DNA of 64,000 bases from Octopus sinensis (Eukaryota), in the NCBI RefSeq assembly GCF_006345805.1, contig NC_043005.1:70804001-70868000 (forward strand). The letters run 5' to 3'. The notes under the pieces were generated by a model that saw nothing but the letters and a program-made list of their open reading frames with translations, did no database searches and was not told the origin of the DNA. The translations under genes were made by a program, and so were the position numbers. Positions 1-11,859 of this stretch are shown piece by piece. Position 1 is the first letter of the stretch, and each line of letters begins with the position of its first letter.

Positions 1-62
1 GTTGTCCAAGACCTTATTGGTAGAACTAATAAATGGAAATGGAAAGAAGACCATCGTATATA

Positions 63-955
63 CGAGGTCTGATCAATAAGTATCCAGACTGTTGCTATAG
101 TAACGAAGCTAAAGTATACAGAGTGAAGCCAATTGGTACAGAATGATCTTGAAGTCTGCTGTGCATGTGCACTAAGTACTAACGTTCTAGCTCACTTTCA
201 TTGTTTACAGCAGTGCTTGGAAGGAATGAGTGTAGCATGTGATCATCACATTGACCATGACAGAGAAAGTTGTTATGGTGATACCTACTCAGACACCTAT
301 GCAAAGTTGCTGAAAGTCTATAGCGAGGAGTGTATGAGCCACACATGAGTGTATGAGTGGCTGAGACGTTTCCTAGATGGCTGAAAAAATGTTGATATTG
401 ATGAACGTTCTGGGGGACTGGCAACCAGCAGAACTGAGAAACAGGTCGCAGATGTGCATACAGCTGAGAGAGGAAATAGTCGAATCACCATCTGTGAGTT
501 ATCAGAGGATGTGCAGATTAGTTACAGTTCAGTTCAGTCCATTATCACTGAAGATTTGGGTATGGGACACGTGTCTGCCAAGTTTGTACCAAAACTGCTT
601 TCAACTGACCAAATTGACACTCGGGTTTCAGCCACACAAAATCTTGATAGTGTCAAAAATGATGAAAACTTCTTTGAAAACTTTGTGTTGAACTCATAGC
701 AGGTATCGCCAAGCTTTTGACAAAATTTGATGCAGATTCTCTGCTCAACTTTCTTCATCATGGTCAATGCGACAATCACACACTACACACCTTCCTTCCA
801 AGCACTGCTATAAACAACAGAAGTAAGCTAGAATGTTAAAACTTACTGTACTTGCACAACAGCATTCAAGGTTAATCTGTGCCAAGTGGCTTCACTTCAT
901 GTGCTTTAGCTTCATTACTATGGCCACTGTCCGGATAATTATTGATCAAACCATG
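63..955 (+). mobile_element. Non-autonomous mariner derivative with about 260-bp inverted arms (two 5' ends), TA-flanked
   Basis: Left end ta|cgaggtctgatcaataagtatccagactg mirrors right end ctgtccggataattattgatcaaaccatg|ta. Inverted similarity continues through the leader into the transposase start (MMKKVEQRICIKFCQKLGDT on the minus strand, ORF 534..779). Confidence 0.88.
257..690 (+). pseudogene. Mariner transposase N-terminal (HTH) remnant with stops and frameshifts
   Basis: Stitched translation GDTYSDTYAKLLKVYSEECMSHT*VYEWLRRFLDG*KNVDIDERSG...RITICELSEDVQISYSSVQSIITEDLGMGHVSAKFVPKLLS matches the mariner DNA-binding region up to the WVPxxL-type motif. Confidence 0.85.
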
Positions 956-1057
956 TATAAATAAAAATGTGGATGGATGTATGGGTGCACATATATGCTT
1001 GTGTCAGTGCATGTGTATGACATTGCGTGTGCGTGTGTTTGTGTTTCTTTCTACAGT

Positions 1058-1279
1058 TACTCTTTTACTCTTTTACTTGTTTCAGTCATTTGACTGTGGC
1101 CACGCTGGAGTACTGCCTTTTAATTGAGCAAATCGACCCCAAGACTTATTCTTTGTAAGCCTAGTACTTATTCTATCAGTCTCTTTTGCCAAACTGCTAA
1201 GTTACGGGGACATAAACACACCATCATCGGTTGTCAAGCGATGTTGTGGGGACAAACACAGACACACAAACATATACAT

Positions 1280-1318
<39 letters not shown>

Positions 1319-1478
1319 TACGATGGGCTTCCTTCAGTTGCTGGCTACCAAATCCACTCACAAGGCTTTATTTGGCCCGAGGCTATATTAGAAGACACTT
1401 GCCCAAGTGGCCACACAGTGGGAATGAACCCAGAACCAAATGGTTTGCAAGCAAGCTACTTACCACACAGCCACTCCT
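1058..1478 (-). mobile_element. tRNA-derived SINE family A (head aggagtggctgtgtggtaag..., internal (TA)n, tail gactgaaacaagtaaaagag)
   Basis: Near-identical to about 14 other copies in the window; A-box/B-box-like head and ccttgggcaagtgtctt core. Confidence 0.85.
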
Positions 1479-2067
1479 AGGCTGTTATATATAGGTAGTA
1501 GTTTTTCTATTTAACCATCCTTTCATGTCCAAATCTGTGTGAATGTGCATGGCTTAAAGTTTAGAGGTATTCAGTTCATGATCATAAGATCATTAGTTCA
1601 ATTCCTGGCAGTGCTTTGTACCCTTCAGCAAGACCCTTTATTTCCCACTGTTCCAGTCTATTCAGCTGGCAAAAATGAGTTGTACCTTCATTTCAAAGGG
1701 CCAGCCTTGTCACATTCTGTGTCACACTAAATCTCCCTGAGAACTACATTAAGGGTAGGCATGTCTGTGGAGTGCTCAGCCACATACACTTTAATTTCAC
1801 AAGCAGGCTGTTCTGTTGATCGGATCCACTGGAACTCTTATCTCTGTAACTGATGGAGTGCCAGTGAAGTGAAAGATTCCCTCAGGTGAAAGACAGATTG
1901 GGAATCCAGTAGTAAACAATGTTTCAATAGTGTATTAATCAAACCCATGCAAGCATGGAAAAACATATGTAAAAATGAACAAACAAAAGAACGTGTCCAT
2001 ATGTGTAGGTGATATATAGATATAGACAGATACATACATACATTTCAATATGTGAATGTGTGTGTAT

Positions 2068-2250
2068 CGTTGGCGATTTTCTTCTCTGTCTTCCCTTCTT
2101 TGGACTTTTTCTATATTTCTGACAAAGAACTCCACTCGAAACATGAAATCCTCATTCTTTTCTTTCCTTTCCTGAACGTCCAGTAATACTGTACTTATTG
2201 CACGTCCTCGCGTTGTTGTTTTTTCTTGCTTGTTTGTGTTTGGATTAACT
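2068..2250 (+). mobile_element. PLE-type non-autonomous element, family B (decayed HHR)
   Basis: Homologous to the reverse complement of 18411-18595 and 23800-23970. Decayed core tttctgacaaagaactccactcgaaacatgaaa; ends ggattaacta. Confidence 0.65.
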
Positions 2251-2285
2251 ATACATGCATACATACTTGGGACAGAGGGGCAAAG

Positions 2286-2586
2286 GTATGTGCCATCATA
2301 GAGGTCAGCTGCCCTGAAGATATAAATATGTTTGAAAATTAAAAAAAAAGAGGATCTCTACGGACAACTGCTTCGAAACGTCCAGCTTTTATATTCAGAC
2401 TATGAATTCATATTCATACCAATAATAATTGAAGCACTAGGTTTTGTTAGTAAATGCTTAAAAGGGAATCTGGATAAACTGGGATTTTCGGAAAGAGAAA
2501 TCAACCAGCTAATTCGTACATTACAAGTGCAATCTGTGAGTGGAACAGTAAAAATATGCAAGACTTTTCTCAAGTTCCAAATGTGA
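2286..2586 (+). pseudogene. C-terminal restriction-like endonuclease (RLE) fragment of an R2/R4/NeSL-type non-LTR retrotransposon
   Basis: CAIIEVSCPED..KIKKKEDLYGQLLRNVQLLYSDYEFIFIPIIIEALGFVSKCLKGNLDKLG...LQVQSVSGTVKICKTFLKFQM* has the typical IEVSCP/K..K/PIIIGALG/LQ..S..GT motifs. Confidence 0.8.
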
Positions 2587-2590
2587 ATTA

Positions 2591-3741
2591 CGAGGGACGT
2601 TCAATAAGTAATGCTCCTGACCCACTTGCAGTTGTTTGAACTAGCTGAAATTTTGAGTGTGCAATTATTTGTTTCTCTATAGAGTAGGTGGCAAATTACA
2701 GCTCTGAACTAATTGGGGTTTCTGATTTACAGGTGTTTGAACCGAGTCAAGTGTGAAATGGAGCCTGTTGAGTGTCGAGCAGTGATCTGGTTTTTGTATT
2801 TGAAAGGACGCACACCACAGGAGACTTTTGATGAAATGAAAGTAACTTATGGTAATGATGCCCCATCATATGACCATGTAAAACGCTGGCATCGTGAATT
2901 CAAACATGGTCGGAACTCGGTGGAAACAGCTCCCAGATCTGGTCGCCCCACTTCTGCAATTGATGAGACATCTGTCCGTCAAGTTGAGGCTGCCATTTTG
3001 GAAGATCGACGAATAACTATTCGCCAAATAGCCCACGAGGTCAAGATTAGTACCGGGTCTGTGGAAACTATCATTCATGACCATTTGCATATGCAAAAGG
3101 TGTCTGCCAGATGGATTCCCAGGTTGCTCACACCTTTCCAGAAGCAAGAACGCATCGAGTGCTCGAGGATGAATTTGGAGATGTGCCAAGAAGATGAGTC
3201 AAAATTTTTCAAAAGACTGATTACACAGGATGAAACCTGGATCCATCACTATGATCCAGAGAACAAAGCCCAGTCAATGCAGTGGAAGCACCGTGACTCA
3301 CCTCCTCCAAAGAAGGCAAGGGTGCAGCCCTCTGGTAGCAAGGTCATGCTCACATCCTCCTCCTGCAGGACAACGCTCCGGTCCACAACTCGCTTGTCGC
3401 CAGATCAGAAGCACAGGCGTGTGGCTATGAACTCATCCCCCATCCCCCCTACTCTCCTGACCTTGCACCCTCTGATTTTCAACTCTTTCTAGCCATGAAG
3501 TTGTTTTTGAAAGGAAAGCGTTTCCCAGATGATGCAGCCTTGATTTCTGAAGTCATGTCGTGGTTGGAGGACCAAGCTGGGGTCTTCTACGAAAACGGTC
3601 TCCAGGACTGCATCAAACGATGGGAGAAATGCGTAACTCTGGGTGGTTCCTATGTAGAGTAAGACTAATAACTGTGCAAAGTTTCGTTGCTCTACTGCTA
3701 TGGGAAGTGGGTCAGGGGCATTACTTATTGAACGCCCCTCG
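2591..3741 (+). mobile_element. Mariner (DD34D) transposon, internally deleted, with TA target duplication
   Basis: TIRs ta|cgagggacgttcaataagtaatgctcctgacccactt and aagtgggtcaggggcattacttattgaacgcccctcg|ta. Confidence 0.95.
2758..3668 (+). pseudogene. Mariner transposase with a deletion/frameshift near 3353
   Basis: MEPVECRAVIWFLYLKG...WIPRLLT...ITQDETWIHHYDPE...KVMLT, then a frame change to LLQDNAPVH...HPPYSPDLAPSDF (34 residues between the second and third D) ...RWEKCV. Confidence 0.93.
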
Positions 3742-3854
3742 TAACTACATCCCAAAGATGGAGTCTTGTATCTTTGTTGGAAACCAGCTCCCACCTCAGT
3801 GGAAGACATATAATAATTAAAAAATAGAAGAGACACATACATCCATACATATCA

Positions 3855-4093
3855 CCATCCAAATGTCGCCGATGCCAGTGCTGCTTGACTGGCTCCCATG
3901 CCACTGGCATGTAAAAAGTACCCACTACACTCTTGGAGTGGTTGGTGTTAAGTAGGGCATCCAGCTGTAGAAATATTGCCAGATCAGATTGGAGCCTGGT
4001 GAGGCCACATGGCTTGCCAGTCCCCAGTCAAACCTTCCAACCCATGCCAGCATGCAAAACGGACGTTAAACGATGATGATGATGATGATGATG
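3855..4093 (+). mobile_element. RTE LINE 3' UTR copy with (GAT)n tail
   Basis: Matches the 3' UTR of the RTE at 58512-59034; ends ggacgttaaacgatgatgat. Confidence 0.8.
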
Positions 4094-4872
4094 TGCTCAA
4101 CTAAAATCTATTGAGTAATCCATCAATTTAATTTTAAATTGCTTTTAAATGTAAACTCGACATTAAAAATAAACATTAATACACAAACACACACGTATAC
4201 ACATGTATGAACACATAGGTGTATAACAAGACAGAGGAAACGGTACTCAAAGACCAAAGGCAGAGTGAAAGGTAATGCTTTATTGAAGCTGAAAAACTTC
4301 ACAAACAGTTACTCCAGTTTCACAAAATCAATCATCAGAAATAAGTGAACTTTGGAACAATACAATGGTTAATAAATGGTGCAGTGATAGTTATTTGGTA
4401 AAACATCAAATAAATATTTAAAGCTGATTGCACAAGGAGTTATGACTTTTCAAAATTAGTGGAATCTATAGGATAATACAAATGACCGTTGCTGTAAAAC
4501 AATATAAACATGCAAAAGGGGTAAAATAAGTTGAATAAAACCAAATAAAATGAATTACATTGTGTTGGTACAAAGGTGATTGTTATAATATTCACAGTAA
4601 AGGAAAAATTTCAAACAAAATTCGTTTTAGTAATTAAGAATTTAAGGAAAATAAACAGAACATGTCGTAATAATTTTTGAAATTGAACTAAGGGTAAAAG
4701 TGTATTAAATAAATAAATATGTTTGTTGTGGTGAAAAGGAAATAAATGAGAGTTTGTGTAAGGCGAAGGAAAGGAAAAAGATGAAGTAATGTGAGAAGAA
4801 AGAGTGAAAGAGAAGTGAAAGCTATAATACACGCCATTAGCTACTTTGATTGTTTCTATGTAATATCTTTTT

Positions 4873-5283
4873 TCTTTTATCTTTTATTTGTTTCAGTCAA
4901 TTGATCCTGGCCATGCTGGGGCATTGCCTTGAGGAATTATTTAGTGAAATGAATCGATCCCGGTATTTATTATTTTTTTTTTAAAGCCTGGTACGTATTC
5001 TATTGGTCTCTTTTGCCGAACTGCTAAGTTAAAAGGGCATAAATACACCTGTGCCAACTGTCAAGCGGTGGTAGGAGTTAAATACAGGCACAACAACACA
5101 CACACGTGTGCACACACACACACATATGATGGCTTTCTTTCAGTTTCAGTTTCTGTATTAAATTCACTCACAAGGCTCTGGCTGGCCTGAGGCTACAGTA
5201 GAAGACACTTGCCTAAGATGCCACACAGTGAGAGTGAGTGAACAGGAACCATGTGGTTGGGAAGCAAGCTTCTTACCACACAT
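4873..5283 (-). mobile_element. SINE family A
   Basis: Same blocks as 1058-1478. Confidence 0.8.
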
Positions 5284-5400
5284 CATCATCATCTTCATCA
5301 TCACCACAAATCATCATCATCATCGTCATCATCACCATTACCATCGTTTAATGCCCAGTTTCCATGCTAGCATAGGTTGGACAGCTTGACAGAAACTGGC

Positions 5401-5636
5401 AAGGCGGCAAGCTGGCACAAACGTTAGCACGCTGGGCAAAATGCTTAGCGGTATTTCGTCTGCCGTTACATTCTGAGTTCAAATTCTGCCGAGGTCGACT
5501 TTGCTTTTCATCCTTTTGGGGTCGATAAATTAAGTACCAGTTATGCACTGGGGTCGATGTAAATCGACTTAATCTCTTTGTCTGTCCTTGTTTGTCCCCT
5601 CTATGTTTAGCCCCTTGTAGGCAATAAAGAAGTAAG
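5401..5636 (+). mobile_element. tRNA-derived SINE family M (Meta-domain-like)
   Basis: Head aaggcggcaagctggc...gagttcaaattc followed by gtcgactttgcttttcatccttttggggtcgataaattaagtaccag, which resembles the Meta domain as I recall it. Confidence 0.75.
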
Positions 5637-6013
5637 AAGCTGGTAAAGCAAGAGGCTACACCAGGTACCATAGTCTGTTTTGGCTTGGTTTCCACAGTAG
5701 AATTTAAAATATGTATGTTTCTGAATGAAGCATTGGTCATGTATGGAATGGTAATAACAAAAGGATGACAAACGAATAAATAATTGATTTATGAACTTCA
5801 TAAGCTTACAGATGTTTCTGCTATAAAATGCAGTGGAAGTGTAGTTGAGCTCCTGAGTAACTCATTACAGCTTGCATCTTATATTGGAAAGAGCTGTAGG
5901 CTAAGGAAGTTTATAAGATAATCATTCAGTCCTTTGTCATCTCTTTACAGTTATATATATGTGTGTATGTATATATATGTGTATATGTGTATAAATGTGT
6001 ATATATGCATGCA

Positions 6014-6370
6014 GAGAAATTACTAAAATTTGCCCTGTTTATAATTATACCATATGTTACATATATATTACATCATACCTTGATACTATCTGGACTAAGA
6101 TCCCCATTGACAGACCACTGGTAGTTATAGTGTTAAACACTTTCAGTATGCAAATTAGGGACTCCTTCATAGAAAAACTGCTGCATTTGTTGAGTATATG
6201 AACAGTTTGGCCACTTGTCTCTCTCTGGAGACTATCAGAATGATGTAGACACCTCTGATGAGAAACCAACAGGGTTAAAAAATCGATTAAGGTTGTTCAA
6301 CATTTTTTTTCAGTCTGTGGAGAAATGGCTAAAATTTACCCTGTTTATAATTATACCATATGTTACATAT
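6014..6370 (+). mobile_element. PLE-like partial tandem terminal repeat with decayed HHR (6252-6292)
   Basis: About 50-bp direct repeats (gagaaat..ctaaaatt..ccctgtttataattataccatatgttacatata) at 6014 and 6320 bracket cct-CTGATGA-gaaaccaacagggtt-aAAA-atcgat-TA-agg. Confidence 0.55.
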
Positions 6371-6805
6371 ATATATATGTGTATGTTTGTGTGTAAGAAG
6401 AAGGGTAATAGGAGTGACTAGAAAGCATGAGGAATAAGGTAAAAAGAGAAAGATCTAAAGCTGTGTGTTATGTGTAGAGTGCAATGAAAACAAAAACTGG
6501 CACACAGATGCAGAAAAATTTAACAGAATATATAGGCAGAATATGATTTCTCAAGTATAAAAGAAAAAGAAAATGAAGAATTCATTCAATTCAAAAGGGG
6601 GCAATGATAAAATCTTAAAAGTCAAAAGCCATATATATGACCTATAACATGTCAATGGAAAGCAATACGGAAGCAATAAACATTTAGAAAATCGTATAGG
6701 GATATCAAATGTGTCAGACAAGTAATTAAGAGAGAACAAGAACACATTCAATGTCTCCAAAGAAATGATGATAAAAATAGTATCAATTGTGGTAGAGAGA
6801 AATGA

Positions 6806-7278
6806 ATATAGTTCTATATTTAGGAGATGAGGAATTATGTATATTATTTACATTGTTTACATTTGACACATAATTGTCCTCATCTTGTTTGTTGTTAACT
6901 TAACGGTTCGGCTGAAATACCCATCACCCTTCATCGGGTATCTTGGGGAAATTTCGAACCTGGGTCCTCATTCCAAAGGTATTTTTCGATGTTATTATTA
7001 TTATTATTATTATTATTCAGGTCACTGCCTGGAATCGAACTCGGAATCTTGGGGTTTGCAGCTCGTGCTCTTAACCACTACACCATATGCCCAGTAACCT
7101 GAATGATAATAATAATAATAATAATAACAACATCAAAGAATACTTTAGGAATGAGAACCCAGGTTCGAAATTTCCCCAAGATACCTGATGAAGGCTGGAG
7201 GGTATATCAGCTGAAACGTTATGTTAACAACAAACAAGATGAGGACAAATATCCATTAAATGTAAATAATGTAAATAA
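6806..7278. mobile_element. Head-to-head inverted dimer of a tRNA-headed, HHR-tailed SINE-like element (copy 1)
   Basis: Minus arm 7092->6806 has a tRNA-like head (tggtgtagtgg A-box, gagttcgattcc B-box), (AAT)n and an HHR tail. Plus arm 7094-7278 is its inverted, head-truncated copy. Confidence 0.85.
7180..7225 (+). ncRNA. Minimal type I hammerhead ribozyme motif (one stem I mismatch)
   Basis: gatac CTGATGA a ggctgg-agggtata-tcagct GAAAC GTT atgtt. Confidence 0.7.
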
Positions 7279-7541
7279 GAAATGAATATATACATCACCT
7301 GTTTAGAGGAAAAGACCTCAAAACCAAAGATTTCAAAGACTGTGTGCAACAGTTCAATAGTTCCGATATTTTTATTTAAAAGATCTCTTCTGAAACAGGA
7401 TAAAATACTCCTTAATGAACCTAACGAGCATTTTTTGTTGAATGGTAGTAGAACCCATGTCTGTATGGGCTTGCTCTAAGATTGACTGAAGAATTCAGAA
7501 ACAAATCAAATCAACTTCTTTTCATTACCATCCATGTTCAG

Positions 7542-7565
7542 ATAAGCTCACTGAGGATCTGCCCA
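7542..7565 (+). CDS. Candidate 24-nt internal exon (phase 1-1; DKLTEDLP)
   Basis: Acceptor cttcttttcattaccatccatgttcag and donor gtgagtat; joins in frame to the 9734 candidate. Homology unknown. Confidence 0.3.
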
Positions 7566-7884
7566 GTGAGTATTTAAAAGAATTTTAGTGCTGGTAAAAT
7601 CTCATCTTGAAGTTGCTTTCTGTTGCACCAGTTTAAATTTTGTATATAGGCTATAACCAACTTGGACTTCAGTTCCATGTCTTACATCTTTGCTTAAGCA
7701 ATAATCATTAAGGTGTCGGAGAAGCAGTTACTAGCATTTACACTATTACATTTAAGATTATTTCCATTTTCATTTGTTTTAACAAGTCTTTACACAACAT
7801 GTAGGTTAACCAAAGAGGCAAAATTTTGAAGTTTTAAATATCCTTTATATATCTTTATATATCCAAACATAATCGATGCCCCTC

Positions 7885-8176
7885 CCACCCACCGCCTCAA
7901 CTGGCTGCTGTGCTGGTGGCATGTGAAAAGCACCATTCAAATGTGGCTGATGCCAGTGCTGCTTGACTAGCTTCTGTGCCGGTGGAATGTAAAAAGCACC
8001 CACTACACTCTCAGAGTGGTTGGTGTTAGGAACGGCATCCAGCTGTAGAAAACTTGCCAGATCAGAATAGAGCCTGTGCAGCCACCTGGTTTGCCAGTTC
8101 CCAAGCAAACTGTCCAACCCATGCCAGCATGGAAAACGGACGTTAAACAACAATGATGATGATGATGATGATGATG
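7885..8176 (+). mobile_element. RTE LINE 3' UTR copy
   Basis: ggcatgtgaaagcacc modules, ggaacggcatccagctgtag and a (GAT)n tail. Confidence 0.8.
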
Positions 8177-8334
8177 TGCTCCCTGGAAAAGTATTTAGAT
8201 ACTAAGTTCAAGAATTCCTTACCTACATTAGTTTTGACATTTATATTGAATATTGGATTGAACAATGAGGCCTTTCTGATCCTAGTTCAGGGAGATCTCC
8301 TGGGATCAATTCAATTTCTCACATGATATGAGTA

Positions 8335-8552
8335 TATTGGTTTCAAATTTTTGTATGAGGCCAGCAGATTTGAGGGAGGATTGAAGATGACTATATTGAC
8401 TCCAGCATTCAACTGATACTTATTTTATAAACGCTGATAGGATGAAATGCAAAGCTGGCTTCAGTGGAATTTGAACTCAGAATGTAAAGATGGAAGAAAT
8501 GTTGCTAAGCATTTCGCCCAGCATGTTAACAATTCTGCCACATCACCACCTT
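8335..8552 (-). mobile_element. SINE family M, diverged
   Basis: Reverse complement of the family M head and Meta-like core. Confidence 0.65.
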
Positions 8553-9733
8553 ATAACGCATGTATATTAAATATGCAATACTGTGTGGTTAAGAAATTCG
8601 TTTTGCAATGACATGGCTTGGTTTTTTATGTCGCTGTTAGACATATGAGCCGGTGTGTTTTTTTGTTTTTTTTGCTATAGCCCTTATCTGGGTAATGCTA
8701 GGTTTGTGAAATTTGGTCATCAGAAACTGTGCAGAAGTCCGTTATATATGTGGATACTTAACATAGTGTGCCTTGTCATGTGTATGCCTTCATATGGACA
8801 CTCATTCAATGTCAGTGATGTATTTATGTCTCTCATAAACATAAGAGCTGGCAGCAATGTGATATGGAAAGATGTGGAATAAAAGTACTTTTTACCTGTA
8901 AAGGAAATAATGGTTGGTATCAAGAAAGTCATTCAGCCTTAGGACACTGCATCAATAAGCCTTGTCCATCCCATGATAGATTGGAAAACAAAAGCATAAA
9001 AACAGATGGTGGGGATGAGGATGACATGGACAATAATATCTTATTAAAAAAAAATATATATATATATACACATATAATAAATAAAACATACATATATATA
9101 AATATATTATAATATATTATATTGTATTGTATTATATATATTATATTCCCACACGTATATGTGTGTAGGTGTGTATGTAGTTATATATTCATGTATATTC
9201 TATTCTTGCACGAATATACATTATCACACCCTATTCTTTATAACCATGTACTTCTATATCATTATTGGATTTTATGTAATTATGGTTCTGACTCACTCGC
9301 ACATGCGCTTTCTCTCTTCTTCTCTTTCACTTTTTACTATATATATATATATATAAATATATACACACACACACATATGTATATGTGTGCGTGTGTGAGT
9401 GTTTGTGCATACACATTTATATGAAGATGCATATCCATACTTACATAGATATGTGTATGCATGTATACAAACGAATATGTTTACACAAGCACATATGCAC
9501 TCTTGAAAACATACACAGACAGACACATACTCATGCACACATACATTCTATAGTGAATGTATTGAAATTACCTGTTTATATTGCCACCTGAATAGATTTT
9601 CACATACAGTTATCTTTCTATAGGAGTTATGAGCGATTTTCAAGTCTATATTGGATTGTGTAACTATAAATGCAATAAGCCTTCCTCCATTTTATAAAGC
9701 ACATATATTTAATCTTGCTAACTTATCTTCCAG

Positions 9734-9789
9734 ATTTATTCAATAAAGAAAGCTTTCTCAAGAAATTGCTTCCCCCAAGTGCCAGATAA
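9734..9789 (+). CDS. Candidate terminal exon (NLFNKESFLKKLLPPSAR*)
   Basis: Branch-point-like gctaac plus ttatcttccag acceptor; AATAAA at 10036-10041. No homology recognised. Confidence 0.3.
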
Positions 9790-9794
9790 CCAAT

Positions 9795-9866
9795 TTGGTT
9801 TGGTTTACTTCGGTTTTGTTCGCTTTGGTTTGGTTTGCATTGGTTTGGTTTGCTTTGGTTTGGTCT
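9795..9866. repeat. 15-bp (GTTTG-based) minisatellite, about 5 units
   Basis: Repeated gtttggtttgctttg-like units. Confidence 0.8.
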
Positions 9867-10527
9867 GATTTGGAATTCCTTCAATTAAGATCTGTTTTGG
9901 CAGCTGTTGTTTTAATAAGACTAATCAGTCTTAACATAAAAGAATATTCAAGAAAGATGTTCGTTTCATTAACAAGAATCGATTTGTCGATTCGTTGAAA
10001 GAAATCAGGGAAAAATATTCTATAATTTCACACTAAATAAAGAATTTGTATTTCAAATGAATTCAAAACACATTTCGAAGTATATCAATGCAATAGAATT
10101 TCTCCAAAGAGTTCACACTCAAAAGATTTTGTATAGATATGAATATATTTGCTTTCACTAGAATAACTTCAGGGCCATACTTCAGAATAGCACATAAAAC
10201 ATTCCTTTGCTAGAGAACCAATATCCACTTGAATGGGTAAAGCTGACAATAACTCTCTTAGGTAATATCCTGTATTAGCATCACATGTATTTATTTATTG
10301 AATATTCAATTATTTATGTATAGTTTTTCTTGGTTTATATTTACTTTTTCCCTTTATTTACTTATTTATTTCATATTCCTCCCTTCCTTATTTTTCCCTC
10401 ATTCAAATCAAATAGACACATTTTAAATGATTTATCTTTGAAAGATTGTCAAACATTTGAAATTGATAACTAAAAATAAGAACAGCAAACCTATCCTTTT
10501 CATTGGTAATTTTTATTTTTACGCTTA

Positions 10528-10584
<57 letters not shown>

Positions 10585-10604
10585 GTAGTAGTAGTAGTAG
10601 TAGT

Positions 10605-10670
<66 letters not shown>

Positions 10671-10676
10671 TTGTTA

Positions 10677-10727
<51 letters not shown>
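10528..10727. repeat. Compound (ATT)n(AGT)n(ATT)n microsatellite
   Basis: Seen directly. Confidence 0.95.
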
Positions 10728-10728
<1 letters not shown>

Positions 10729-11130
10729 GTTTTTAATCATCATTGCCATTTTATTGGGTTAAATTAATAGCTGTTGCATTCCCTGGTTTTCGAATGCTAT
10801 TTTACTTCATTGTTTTACATCATAAGAAACAGAAAGTTATCTTTCTTTCGTTTAAATATATTACTTTTTTGAAGACACCACATATCTTTCTGAAACCAAT
10901 TTTTGGTGAAAAGAGAAGAAGGTTGCGGAGCACTATCGAATAGTTACAAATATGTTTTCCCAGTGATATCTACGGCAATATAAAGAGGAAGACACCACAC
11001 TGTTACATCAAACACTCTGAAACAAATATATTTGAAACTTGTTTTTCTCAACTTATTCCTGTATGAAAGGATTGATTATAATTAATCAATGAAAATTAAT
11101 TTATATAAATCACATGAATAAAGTTGGCAG

Positions 11131-11133
<3 letters not shown>

Positions 11134-11186
<53 letters not shown>

Positions 11187-11510
11187 GTTTAATGTCTGCT
11201 TTCCATGCTAGCATGGGTTGGACGATTTGACTGAGGACTGGTGATTCAGATGGCTGCACCAGGCTCCAATCTGATCTCCAATCTGAAGCCCTTCCTAACA
11301 CCAACCACTCTATAGTGTAGTGGGTGTTTTTATGTGCCACCGGCATGAGGGCTAGTCAGCCGGAACTGGCAACAACCCCGCTCAAATGGCGTTTTTATGT
11401 GCGACCTGCACAGGAGCCAGTTCAGTGGCACTGGCAACGACTTTGTTGTTTTTCATGTGCCACCAGCACAAGTGTCAGTAAGGTGACACTGGTAACGATC
11501 ATGCTCGCAT
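11134..11510 (-). mobile_element. RTE LINE 3' UTR copy
   Basis: (CAT)n then cgtttaatgtctgctttccatgctagc; repeated ttttatgtgccacc modules. Confidence 0.8.
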
Positions 11511-11859
11511 GTCACACTGTGGGATTGAACCTGGAACCAAACATCTTACCTCACAGCCACGCCTGCACCATACCCAATATGTACCTGTTAAATCTATATT
11601 GGTTGCCTCCCTTACATCATCAATATTCTCTCTTCACTCTATGTTCGTCCTTCTATCACTCACCCTTTCTCATACTCTCTATATTCTGCTGCTTGTGTAA
11701 CTGAGGATGGCTGTGGATCCCTCTTTTCCACTGTGCAATTCCACATATAGCAGAATAGGGCAAGAACATGTATACATACACATACACACAAACACTTATA
11801 AACCTGAGTTTCATATTTCCACATTGGCAAGACTAAAATTTGTATTCAGATTATGTGAG

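Noticed and set aside
7017-7092. tRNA-Cys(GCA)-like gene
   Set aside because: The acceptor stem does not close, the anticodon differs between copies (GCA versus ACT), and it is the head of a SINE-like repeat.
9720-10268. Minus-strand frame of about 180 codons interrupted only by TGA (six times), suggesting a selenoprotein or mitochondrial-code insert
   Set aside because: The peptide resembles no mitochondrial protein or selenoprotein I know, the TGAs are not in Cys-like contexts, and I saw no SECIS. Chance is more likely.
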